In this document: piece after piece, positions 11,462-21,995 of the stretch | How positions within the stretch are numbered: position 1 is the first letter of the stretch | Layout: each line of letters starts with the position of its first letter | Assembly (NCBI GenBank): GCA_964544885.1 | Contig: CAZJDX010000018.1 | Coordinates: 4,108-68,107 of the forward strand | DNA length: 64,000 nt | Reading direction: 5' to 3' | Source of the DNA: an uncultured Flavobacteriales bacterium | GTDB lineage: Bacteria > Bacteroidota > Bacteroidia > AKYH767-A > 2013-40CM-41-45 | Translations under genes and position numbers: made by a program | Notes under the pieces: generated by a model | Databases searched by the model: none | What the model saw: the letters and a program-made list of their open reading frames with translations, nothing else | What the model was told of the DNA's origin: nothing

Positions 11462-11489
11462 GAAAGGGGCCCTGAGAAGGCCCTTTTTC
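11462..11489 (+). terminator. Rho-independent terminator
   Basis: GGGCC/GGCCC stem extended by AAAG/TTTT, followed by a T-run, 40 nt after the stop at 11422. Confidence 0.7.
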
Positions 11490-12089
11490 ATTTTAATATA
11501 GAGATCTTCTTCAGTCTCCGCCATTTTAAAATCATGGTGCGGGATGAAAAGGAAGAAAAGAAATATTCAAAGCTTTTGTGAAGTTTTCATTGTAAATGTC
11601 CCCTTGAAAACGAATATAATACTCCCCGGGGGCGCTCATTATAAGACTAATGTGCCCCAAGGCGTTTTTTCACCTTGCATCACTATGATCAATAAAGCTT
11701 ATGTGTTTATGAAAATTATGACTGAAGCCATTCAGGAAGCCCCTTTTTTCCCCTCCTGGAAGTAACCGGTCGCCCGGCAGTCTTACAAAATTCACAAATC
11801 ACTCTATTCGTGACTACAATTCAAACCGCGTATATGAAGGATAATTATTGTACCCCTAAGAAAGATTATACCATCCGATACCCATTCATATTCCTTTGCT
11901 GATTCGATCGGGTATTTAGCTTCTGCAGAATAGCGGTACTATACCTACAAAGCGAATTACCCCTTAGACAAGGCCTTAAACGATTTTTTCATTTAAAATG
12001 TCTGATTCGTCGTGAGAGATGTTTGTCAGATATTTCAACTGACTCATTTCCCATTGTAAAAGATTATCTCATGGATCGGACTGTTTTCG

Positions 12090-12097
12090 TATTTTTG
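12090..12097 (+). promoter_or_regulatory. Bacteroidota sigma-A -7 element
   Basis: TATTTTTG matches TAnnTTTG, 17 nt before the FAH-family ATG. Confidence 0.55.
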
Positions 12098-12114
12098 CGG
12101 AATAAGCAAGCAAT

Positions 12115-13146
12115 ATGAAATTAGTCACCTTTCGTGAAGGCAAGACCTCAGAAGCAGGCCTTCTTTTCAAGGGGAAAATCTATTCCCTGCAGGCCAATGC
12201 CAGGAACCTTAACTTAGCTCAATTGCCTCAAGGCATGCTGGCGTTTTTGCAGGGTGGGGAGCCATATATGCAGATCGCCCGGCAAATCGAAGATGCCATC
12301 AGAAACGGGAATCCGGCCGTAAAGGCCTCTTCAGCTGCAGAGGATGACCTGCTCGCGCCGGTCCCTGATCCCACCAGTTGCCGTGATGGCTATGCTTTCC
12401 GCCAACATGTGGAAGCTGCCAGGAGGAACCGTAAGGTGGAGATGATCCCGGAATTCGACCAGTATCCTATCTTTTATTTTACCAATCACAATGCGGTCCA
12501 GGGTCCGGGAGAGGTCTTCTGCATGTCCGATCACTTCGACAAACTGGATTTTGAACTTGAAGTCTGCGTGGTCATTGGTAAGAAGGGAAGGAATATCAAG
12601 GCATCGGAGGCGGATCAATATATTGCCGGCTTCATGATCATGAATGACCTTAGCGCCAGGACCCTTCAAATGGAAGAGATGAAGCTGAACCTTGGACCTG
12701 CAAAAGGAAAGGATTTCAGTACCGCTACCGGACCCTGGCTGGTAACACCTGATGAACTCAGTAAATTCCTGGTGCCGCCTAAACCGGGGCATACAGGAAA
12801 TGCGTATGATCTGAAAATGGAATGCAGGGTGAATGGCAAGCTGGTAAGCTCAGGGAATATGAAGGATATGGACTGGACCTTTGCTGAGATCATTGAACGC
12901 TGCGCTTATGGCGTGGATATACTTCCGGGAGATATAATCGGATCCGGAACAGTAGGAACAGGTTGTTTTCTTGAACTTAACGGCACAGGACTGCTGAACG
13001 ATCCTTCCTATCAAACACAATGGTTACAGGAAGGTGATCTGGTGGAAATGAATATTGATCAACTCGGAGTGCTCAGAAATACCATCAGAAGAGATCCTGA
13101 CAATTTCAGCATCCTCGCCCTGAAAAAAATTTCCCATACGGTATAG
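12115..13146 (+). CDS. Fumarylacetoacetate hydrolase family protein
   Basis: RDGYAFRQH, PIFYFTN, LDFELE, MNDLSARTLQ, KGKDF, GDIIGSGTVG. hmgA lies nearby. Confidence 0.9.
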   Translation: MKLVTFREGKTSEAGLLFKGKIYSLQANARNLNLAQLPQGMLAFLQGGEPYMQIARQIEDAIRNGNPAVKASSAAEDDLLAPVPDPTSCRDGYAFRQHVEAARRNRKVEMIPEFDQYPIFYFTNHNAVQGPGEVFCMSDHFDKLDFELEVCVVIGKKGRNIKASEADQYIAGFMIMNDLSARTLQMEEMKLNLGPAKGKDFSTATGPWLVTPDELSKFLVPPKPGHTGNAYDLKMECRVNGKLVSSGNMKDMDWTFAEIIERCAYGVDILPGDIIGSGTVGTGCFLELNGTGLLNDPSYQTQWLQEGDLVEMNIDQLGVLRNTIRRDPDNFSILALKKISHTV

Positions 13147-13203
13147 ACCGGAGAAAGCTCCGGATCATCAGACTTACCCTGCGTAAACAACCGGTAAATT
13201 CAA

Positions 13204-15438
13204 ATGTCAGAATCCATTCCAGGCCTGATAAACGCTGAAGCGGAAAAGGACCAGATCCTCAAAGCTTATCGCGCGCTGCTGAGGGCGCTTAAACCCTCTC
13301 TTGGCAAAGGCGATAAGAATATGATCAGGCTCGCCTTCGACATGGCGCTCGAGGCTCATAAGGACATGAGGCGTAAAACCGGCGAGCCCTATATTCTTCA
13401 TCCGCTTGCCGTCGCACTGATCTGTGCGGAAGAAATCGGGCTTGGCCCTCTGGCTATCGTGTGCGCGCTGCTGCATGATACGGTTGAAGACACCTATATA
13501 ACACTGGAAGATATCCGGAGTTCTTTTGGGGAAAAAGCGGCATCAATCGTTGACGGACTCACAAAAATTTCCGGAGTATTCGATAAAGGAACCTCTCTTC
13601 AGGCGGAGAACTTCCGTAAAATGCTGCTCACCCTTTCTGATGATATCCGGGTGATTCTCATCAAACTGGCGGATCGTTTGCACAATATGAGGACTCTCGA
13701 CTCCATGCAGCGCGAGAAACAACTGAAGATCGCCTCTGAAACCGCCTATCTGTATGCACCGCTGGCGCACCGGCTTGGACTCTATTCCTTTAAAACGGAG
13801 CTGGAAGATCTCAGCATGCGTTATACAGAGCCTGAACAATACCAGGAAATCTCCGAACGCCTCGCACAAACCAAAAGAGAACGTACACGCTTCATCAACG
13901 AGTTCACCATTCCTATAAAGGATGAACTGAACAAACAGGAATTCACCTATGAGATAAAGGGAAGATCCAAATCCATACACTCCATCTGGAGCAAGATGAA
14001 ACGCCAGGGAGTCAGCTTCGATGAGATCTATGACCTTTTTGCCATCAGGATCATCATTGATGCTCCGGAAGAGGTGGAGAAAGCTATGTGCTGGAAGGCC
14101 TATTCCATTATTACGGATTTTTATCATCCGAATCCTGACAGGCTTCGCGACTGGATCTCCACACCTAAGGCCACCGGTTACGAATCCCTGCATACAACCG
14201 TTATGGGACCCGGCGGCAGATGGGTTGAAGTACAGATAAGGTCAAGGAGAATGGATGAAATCGCGGAGAAAGGCTATGCCGCGCACTGGAAATACAAGGA
14301 ATCAGCTGCCGAAACCGCGCTCGACGAATGGATCCAGAAAATACGCGAGCTGCTGGAAAACCCGGAAACCAACGCGCTTGACTTCATTGATGATTTCAAA
14401 CTGAATCTCTTCGCGGAGGAAATTTTTGTGTTCACACCGACAGGTGACATGAAATCACTTCCCTCACAGGCTACAGCCCTTGATTTCGCCTTTGAGATTC
14501 ATACCGACCTTGGCAGTAAATGTATCGGAGCAAAGGTAAATCACAAGCTGGTACCCCTTTCTCATAAACTGCGCAGCGGAGACCAGATCGAGATTCTCAC
14601 CTCCAACAAACAGACACCCAAGGAAGACTGGCTGAATTATGTAGTCACGGCAAAAGCGAGATCAAAGATCAAAGGCGCACTGAAAGAGGAAAAGAAGAAA
14701 GTGGCCGAAGACGGCAAAGAGATCCTGGAACGCAAGTTCAAGCATCTTAAAATACATTTTACGAATGAAAATATAAATGAACTCCTTGCCTATTACAAGA
14801 TACCTAACAGCATGGAATTGTATTACCGTATCGCGAAAGGTGTTATTGACATTGCCGACCTTCGTGATTTCGCCAATGAGAAAGGCGCGCTGAAAATAAG
14901 AACACCCCAGCGTATAGAAGCCCATTCGCTTGAACAGATCGTCAAAAATGTTCGGGGCTCAAGCGACATGCTGGTTATCGGCGAGAATATGGAGAGGATA
15001 GATTACAAACTTTCCCCATGCTGTAATCCCATCCCTGGCGATGACGTATTTGGTTTTATTACCATCAATGAAGGCATAAAGATTCACCGGGTAAATTGTC
15101 CCAACGCCATTCAGCTTATGTCAAACTATGCTTACCGGATAGTAAAGGCGAAGTGGACCAATCAGCAGCAGATAGCTTTCCTTGCTGGCGTCCGCATGAC
15201 CGGCATTGACGAAGTAGGTGTTGTCAATAAAATAAGCAAGGTGATATCAAGCGAGCTCAAGGTGAATATGCGGAGTATCAGTATCGAATCAAATGACGGG
15301 ATCTTCGAAGGAACCATCATGCTCTTTGTACACGATACGCATCATCTGGATAAATTATTGAAAAAACTCAAAGAGATACACGGCATCCTGACGGTCACAA
15401 GGATCGACGGCGGTAAGAGCCCTGAACTGAAAGCGTAA
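13204..15438 (+). CDS. relA: Long RelA/SpoT homolog, bifunctional (p)ppGpp synthetase/hydrolase
   Basis: RKTGEPYILHP, LLHDTVEDT (intact HD motif), KLADRLHNMRTL, GYESLHTTV, TGS domain, CCNPIPGD, C-terminal ACT domain. Confidence 0.96.
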   Translation: MSESIPGLINAEAEKDQILKAYRALLRALKPSLGKGDKNMIRLAFDMALEAHKDMRRKTGEPYILHPLAVALICAEEIGLGPLAIVCALLHDTVEDTYITLEDIRSSFGEKAASIVDGLTKISGVFDKGTSLQAENFRKMLLTLSDDIRVILIKLADRLHNMRTLDSMQREKQLKIASETAYLYAPLAHRLGLYSFKTELEDLSMRYTEPEQYQEISERLAQTKRERTRFINEFTIPIKDELNKQEFTYEIKGRSKSIHSIWSKMKRQGVSFDEIYDLFAIRIIIDAPEEVEKAMCWKAYSIITDFYHPNPDRLRDWISTPKATGYESLHTTVMGPGGRWVEVQIRSRRMDEIAEKGYAAHWKYKESAAETALDEWIQKIRELLENPETNALDFIDDFKLNLFAEEIFVFTPTGDMKSLPSQATALDFAFEIHTDLGSKCIGAKVNHKLVPLSHKLRSGDQIEILTSNKQTPKEDWLNYVVTAKARSKIKGALKEEKKKVAEDGKEILERKFKHLKIHFTNENINELLAYYKIPNSMELYYRIAKGVIDIADLRDFANEKGALKIRTPQRIEAHSLEQIVKNVRGSSDMLVIGENMERIDYKLSPCCNPIPGDDVFGFITINEGIKIHRVNCPNAIQLMSNYAYRIVKAKWTNQQQIAFLAGVRMTGIDEVGVVNKISKVISSELKVNMRSISIESNDGIFEGTIMLFVHDTHHLDKLLKKLKEIHGILTVTRIDGGKSPELKA

Positions 15439-15443
15439 ATCCC

Positions 15444-15917
15444 ATGGCAGAGAAAAGCATCAAGTCGGAAGTTAAAAAAGTCTTCACAGAATACCTCGAA
15501 CGTCAGGGTCAGCGAAAGACCACGGAAAGATTTTCAATACTCGAAGAGATCTACTCGATGAATGAACATTTTGATGTTGATTTTCTCTACGTTCACATGA
15601 AGAAGAAAGGCCACCGCGTCAGCCGGGCGACTCTTTACAATACCCTTGAACTGTTGCTGGATGCCAACCTTGTGACCAGGCATCAGTTCGGAAAAAATCT
15701 TGCACGATTCGAAAAATCATACGCCTACAAGCAACACGATCATCTCATCTGCGAAGATTGTGAGAGAGTACTTGAATTCTGCGATCCCCGGATACAGCAG
15801 ATACAAAGTATGATGGGCGATATCCTCAAATTTGATGTTACTCACCACAGCCTGCACCTTTTCGGGAAGTGCAGGGAATTAGCTGAAAAAGGCAGCTGCA
15901 GGTACCGGGATGCCTGA
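15444..15917 (+). CDS. fur: Fur family transcriptional regulator
   Basis: RKTTERFSILE, VSRATLYNTLELL, HDHLICEDC, HSLHLFGKC. Confidence 0.9.
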   Translation: MAEKSIKSEVKKVFTEYLERQGQRKTTERFSILEEIYSMNEHFDVDFLYVHMKKKGHRVSRATLYNTLELLLDANLVTRHQFGKNLARFEKSYAYKQHDHLICEDCERVLEFCDPRIQQIQSMMGDILKFDVTHHSLHLFGKCRELAEKGSCRYRDA

Positions 15918-15980
15918 GCCTGTTGAAAAACTAAGTCCGGCAGTTCACACCTCTCATTTAAAACCTCTATCTTCGTACCT

Positions 15981-16328
15981 ATGGATTTTACTTACAACCT
16001 CACCAACAAAGGCAATTACGCCATTGTCGAAATGAGCGGAAACCTGATCGACAAAAACCAGGCTACTCCCCTGCTCGACGAAATTCAGAACTATATCAAC
16101 TCCGGTATCACAAGCTTTGTGATATCCATGGAGAACTTTCGCTATCTCAACAGTAATGGTCTTAATGTTCTGGTGAACATTCTCACCAAAAGCCGGAAGA
16201 ATGGTGGCGACACTACCATTTGCAGCGTAAGTGATAAGATCAAGGAACTGCTCATCATCACAAAACTAAATACTGTCTTTACCATCACGGAAGATCTTCC
16301 TTCGGCTGTACGGCAGTTCCAGAACTGA
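15981..16328 (+). CDS. STAS-domain anti-sigma factor antagonist
   Basis: 115 aa with FRYLNSNGLNVL (D/N-S-x-G phospho-Ser motif) and LLIITKLNTVF. Confidence 0.88.
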   Translation: MDFTYNLTNKGNYAIVEMSGNLIDKNQATPLLDEIQNYINSGITSFVISMENFRYLNSNGLNVLVNILTKSRKNGGDTTICSVSDKIKELLIITKLNTVFTITEDLPSAVRQFQN

Positions 16329-16409
16329 TACGGTATAGGCCGGCACTTGCGCGGATCCGGCCAGGAGCAGGTCTATTCCATCCATTCTCCGGATAGAACA
16401 AAGAAATAA

Positions 16410-17756
<1,347 letters not shown>

Positions 17757-17765
17757 GCCGCTTGT

Positions 17766-18749
17766 TCAATGCTCTTCACAATCCCTTACTTTCACCAGGA
17801 GCGAATCCTTCACCATTTCAAATTCCGGAATTGAATCCGACTCCGGTCCGCTTAATCCTGACAAGTCCGGACTTCCTGCATTTACCCATGCCGTGTACCA
17901 CAGTGAACCGGTCGCCATGACAGCTTCACGCATTCTTCTTTCCACCTGCCCGTCCAGCATTGCATGAAAAGCTTCCGAGTAATCTTTGCTATAGACCTTT
18001 TGCGTGACCGCTCCACGTGATTCATAACTATATTTCTGGTCCGGAGAAAATTTTTCGTTCAATATCCTCTCGAAGCCTAAGACTGAATCAAGCGCGGCAC
18101 TGCTGGCGCGGATCAGACCCCAGCAAAAGTCCTGCACACGGTAAATGTATGAAGCCCTTCCACAGAGATAATCATAGTTTTCACCAAACAACTCGGGAAG
18201 CCTGGATTCCCAGAAACCGTGAATTCCATGCTGGTTGGTCAACTGTCCGTTATAATTTTTTGTGCAATGCAGCGGAACGCATGCATCACCGGTATAGTGT
18301 CCGATGAAGGCTGAGTAATAAAGTATTTTCCTTTCATCCATTTCCTGAAATGCCTTTTCTAACCGGTAATAAACTTTAGGGATATACCAGGGAACAATAC
18401 CATATGCCATCAAGGTATCTTCGCTGAGCTTCGCGACGGCTTCATTCCAGTAAATCGGAAGAGAGTCCAGCGCATTCGCACCATAGTGGTCAATGTCTAT
18501 ATAGTGCCGGGGCGCTTCGGCTTTATCCGAATGACGTCGTTTATCCGGATCCACCGCGTGTTCTGTGATCCGGGATATATGCTTCTTGTAAAAGCCGAAT
18601 AGTTCGGGAGGAAGCGTAAAGCAAGCCATGTAATTGATCTTTCTGTGGGCCCAGAAACCCCATGAAAAAGACGAGGAGGGAACAAGAAAAAAACAAAGCA
18701 GGCTGAGAAAACAGATTACAACTCTCCTGCGATTACCGGAACTGAACAT
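17766..18749 (-). CDS. Secreted S1/P1 nuclease / zinc-dependent phospholipase C family protein
   Basis: Signal peptide then WGFWAHRKIN, HYIDID, GHYTGDACVPLH, HGFWESRLP. Confidence 0.85.
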   Translation of the reverse strand: MFSSGNRRRVVICFLSLLCFFLVPSSSFSWGFWAHRKINYMACFTLPPELFGFYKKHISRITEHAVDPDKRRHSDKAEAPRHYIDIDHYGANALDSLPIYWNEAVAKLSEDTLMAYGIVPWYIPKVYYRLEKAFQEMDERKILYYSAFIGHYTGDACVPLHCTKNYNGQLTNQHGIHGFWESRLPELFGENYDYLCGRASYIYRVQDFCWGLIRASSAALDSVLGFERILNEKFSPDQKYSYESRGAVTQKVYSKDYSEAFHAMLDGQVERRMREAVMATGSLWYTAWVNAGSPDLSGLSGPESDSIPEFEMVKDSLLVKVRDCEEH

Positions 18750-18815
18750 GCCGCAATTTGCCGCGAGGAAATAAAACAGGCAAGCGCATAAATGCGGGAA
18801 AATAAAATGAACAAA

Positions 18816-19571
18816 TCAGGAATCGGACTCAGCGAAGCGATTCACAGGTAATTTGACAAGCGCTCCGTTATCAAGCACCGGAATGATATCCGTCAGATCG
18901 GGTGTAAGGCAATACTTGATATCCTTTTTGAGATTGAGCCTGGCAAGTCTGTTCTTGTGAGACGAATGTTGCAGGAACTTAACAGGATCCTGTTTGGCCA
19001 GCTGATAGAGATACTTCAGTGCGAGACATCCGTCGCCACATTTAAAAAGTTCGGTTCTTCCGGTAAGCGCCTCGGTTACCGCGCCGGCAAAAAGCGCATC
19101 TTCCAGGTTGAACTTGTTTTTCCAGCCGCTGCACAAGAGCAATACCGGCCGCTTTTCAGCAATAAGGTAATTACACAATGCCGTAATATTGATGAAGGAA
19201 CCTATCACAACCCTGTATGCATCCTTAGCCACATCGATCGCCTGGGTTCCATTGGTGGTGGTTATCACAATGGTCTGATCTCTGACTTGTTCATCCATAT
19301 AGCTGAAGGGTGAATTTCCAAAGTCAAAGCCCTCTACCATCAGGCCATTTCGTTCGGCTCCGACCTTGAAGCCTTTGCTCTTATACTCTTTGGCCTCTTC
19401 AACGCTGGCAACGGGGATAACTTTTTCCGCACCATGTTCAAAAGCGGTGCAGATCGCGGAAGTAGCGCGGAGAATGTCAATGATCACCACAATACTTTCA
19501 GTATCCCTGTAAACAGGATAAAGGTATGGCGAAAAGCAGGCATCGATTTTTACTTGCTGATGATCTTCCAT
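18816..19571 (-). CDS. comB: 2-phosphosulfolactate phosphatase (ComB family)
   Basis: VVIIDILRATS, GAERNG, FDFGNSP, TTTNGT, LEDALFAG. Confidence 0.88.
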   Translation of the reverse strand: MEDHQQVKIDACFSPYLYPVYRDTESIVVIIDILRATSAICTAFEHGAEKVIPVASVEEAKEYKSKGFKVGAERNGLMVEGFDFGNSPFSYMDEQVRDQTIVITTTNGTQAIDVAKDAYRVVIGSFINITALCNYLIAEKRPVLLLCSGWKNKFNLEDALFAGAVTEALTGRTELFKCGDGCLALKYLYQLAKQDPVKFLQHSSHKNRLARLNLKKDIKYCLTPDLTDIIPVLDNGALVKLPVNRFAESDS

Positions 19572-19603
19572 TTTATTTCCTTCTGTTTCATTGCCCCTGT
19601 AAT

Positions 19604-20707
19604 TTATTTTTTAAGAAAGGGTGTTTTGACAACAAGGGCTTTCACCGGTTTATCACGGATCATCACCACGATCCCGGTTCCCTCTTTGGCAAATTCCGTT
19701 TTCACATAACCCATGGCGATGGCCTTATTTAGCGTAGGACTCTGGGTTCCGCTGGTAATTTTACCTATACTATGACCCTTAGTATCCCTGATTTCATAAT
19801 CATGCCGTGGTATTCCTCTCTCGGCCATTTCAATCCCGACAAGCTTCCTCTCAAGTCCCTTTTCCTTCTGCTCTTTAAGTATGGAAGAGCCGGTGAATTC
19901 TTTGGTTAGTTTTGTGATCCAGCCCAGGCCGGCTTCCAGCGGAGAAGTGGAATCATCAATATCGTTACCATAGAGGCAGAATCCCATTTCAAGCCTTAGT
20001 GTATCCCTGGAGCCAAGTCCGGCCGGTTGAATATCAAATGCTCTTCCGGCTTCGAATACCTTCTGCCAGATATGTCCGGCATGTGAATTCTCAAAATAAA
20101 TCTCAAAACCGCCGGCGCCGGTATAGCCTGTTGCTGAAACCAGCACATTTTCAATGCCCGCGAACACGCCTTTGGAAAAGGTATAATACTCCATTCCCTT
20201 CAGATCCATCTCTGTAAGAGATTGTAACGCTTCAGCCGCCTTCGGACCCTGAACGGCAAGCAGTGATGTTTTGCCGGAGATATCGTGCATCTCCACTCCT
20301 TTGCTGTTACGTTCACTGAACCAATTCCAGTCCTTTTCAATATTACCGGCATTAACTACCAGCATATATGTTTTTTCATCAATCCTGTATACCAGCAGGT
20401 CATCAACAATTCCTCCGGATTCATTGGGAATACAGGAGTATTGCACCTTACCGTCAGTCAGTTTAGAGGCATCGTTGCTGGTCAGTCGCTGAATAAGTTC
20501 CAGTGCATGCTCTCCCTTGAAAATGAACTCGCCCATGTGTGAAACATCAAATACCCCGACTCCCCTGCGAACGCATTCATGCTCAGCATTGATCCCGGTA
20601 TAGGAAACCGGCATCAGATAACCGGCAAAGGGTACCATCTTGGCGCCAAGACGGATATGAACATCCGTAAGCGCGGTGTGTTTTAGAAGTGTTTCTGCTA
20701 CATCCAT
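19604..20707 (-). CDS. gcvT: Glycine cleavage system aminomethyltransferase T
   Basis: [38 protein letters not shown]. Confidence 0.97.
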   Translation of the reverse strand: MDVAETLLKHTALTDVHIRLGAKMVPFAGYLMPVSYTGINAEHECVRRGVGVFDVSHMGEFIFKGEHALELIQRLTSNDASKLTDGKVQYSCIPNESGGIVDDLLVYRIDEKTYMLVVNAGNIEKDWNWFSERNSKGVEMHDISGKTSLLAVQGPKAAEALQSLTEMDLKGMEYYTFSKGVFAGIENVLVSATGYTGAGGFEIYFENSHAGHIWQKVFEAGRAFDIQPAGLGSRDTLRLEMGFCLYGNDIDDSTSPLEAGLGWITKLTKEFTGSSILKEQKEKGLERKLVGIEMAERGIPRHDYEIRDTKGHSIGKITSGTQSPTLNKAIAMGYVKTEFAKEGTGIVVMIRDKPVKALVVKTPFLKK

Positions 20708-20801
20708 AAACTTAATTTCTGCCGGAAAATTTGTCCGGACATTTAATTCAACTTCATCGCCAAATTAAACATAATTTTCTGCGATTTAGCCCTCTTTAAA
20801 A

Positions 20802-21875
20802 TTAATTTTCCTTAATTAGCTTTAAAAAATTAGCCGTATTCGACCTGACGGAATATTTCTCAACTATTTTCTGTCTTGTATTGGACGAAAGCATTGTAAG
20901 ATAATCCTTGTCAAAGAGCAGCTTTGACAAATACCGTTTCCAGTCTTCAACCGTGGTGCATACGCATCCGTTAATATCATGATCGACAATGGCTGCATTC
21001 ACACCCACATCCGAAACGACAGCCGGTATCCCCAGTGCCATGTACTGGAGTGCCTTGAAACCGCATTTGCCCTGCGACCAGATATCATCCGGAAGCGGCA
21101 TGAGTCCGACATTGAATCTCAACAGGTCTTCTATTTCCGTTTCCTTATTCCATGGAATAAAGCGAAGTGATTTTAAGCTGAACTTTGGCGGAATGTCGCA
21201 GATCACATGAAACTCAAAACTGGCTTGTTGTTCCAGTTCAGAAAGAACAGGAACCAGCATGTCCAGATACTGAACAGTGGAATGCGATCCGGTCCATCCG
21301 AACACAAACTGCTTTTCTTCATGCTTCTTTAAGGTATTATGAAGACTGTCGGTGTCTATAGTGGTAGGGTTATAATATACCCGTTCATTATAACGCCTGG
21401 CATATGCGACCAGGTATGGGTTTCCGGCAGAGACCTTTGCCGACCACCTGCAAATTCTGGCCGGATTGCTGAACCACTTGAATAACATGGTAAGTCTGCT
21501 GTTACTCTCCGATGCATTGGGTATCCATATCGCGTCATCAAAATCATAAATGATTCTCTTTCCGAGTATCCTGCTGATGACCCATTCAAAAACGGGAGGA
21601 CCAAAGGGCGCAGCCTCACGGTGAATAAAAACCAGGTCATAGCGCTTCATGGAAAGCAGGTCGGAAAGACGCCGCATGCATCCCCTGAAAAATGCGCTCA
21701 ATTTCCCATACCAGTGTCCTCGTTTATATAAGATGGTCCAGGCTTTAGCGTCTAAAAAAGGCGAAACTTTAAAGCGGTGACCGGCGCTCTCTAACACTTT
21801 AAAATATTGTTCGAACCTGAATCGCTGACTCGGAGCCGCATCCTGAGGATAGGGTACGATAAATAAAATATTCAT
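20802..21875 (-). CDS. Glycosyltransferase family 4
   Basis: APSQRFRFEQY, YDFDDAIW, GWTGS, GKCGFKALQYMALGIPAVVSDVGVN. Confidence 0.9.
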   Translation of the reverse strand: MNILFIVPYPQDAAPSQRFRFEQYFKVLESAGHRFKVSPFLDAKAWTILYKRGHWYGKLSAFFRGCMRRLSDLLSMKRYDLVFIHREAAPFGPPVFEWVISRILGKRIIYDFDDAIWIPNASESNSRLTMLFKWFSNPARICRWSAKVSAGNPYLVAYARRYNERVYYNPTTIDTDSLHNTLKKHEEKQFVFGWTGSHSTVQYLDMLVPVLSELEQQASFEFHVICDIPPKFSLKSLRFIPWNKETEIEDLLRFNVGLMPLPDDIWSQGKCGFKALQYMALGIPAVVSDVGVNAAIVDHDINGCVCTTVEDWKRYLSKLLFDKDYLTMLSSNTRQKIVEKYSVRSNTANFLKLIKEN

Positions 21876-21913
21876 ATTCAACAAATTGCGAATCAGATTT
21901 TCAATTCATCGCA

Positions 21914-21976
21914 CAAAGATAAAAGAATGAAGGCAAGGCCCCTCAAAGTCCTCCTCATCAAATTGTCCTATCTTTG
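21914..21976. promoter_or_regulatory. Divergent pair of -7 promoter elements
   Basis: TATCTTTG on the minus strand (21914-21921) facing the GT4 gene and TATCTTTG on the plus strand (21969-21976) facing the CapD-like gene. Confidence 0.6.
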
Positions 21977-21995
21977 GATTTCATTTTGAAAGGGA

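Noticed and set aside
11544-11765. 73-aa ORF in the intergenic gap
   Set aside because: Begins just after a terminator, has no promoter box or recognisable motif, and its composition is unconvincing.
13148-13163. Short palindromes such as CCGGAG-AAAG-CTCCGG as a REP family
   Set aside because: Only isolated short hairpins, with no repeated consensus across the window.
18816-19571. comB as evidence of coenzyme M biosynthesis
   Set aside because: No comA/C/D/E nearby, and ComB-family phosphatases are widespread in bacteria that do not make CoM.
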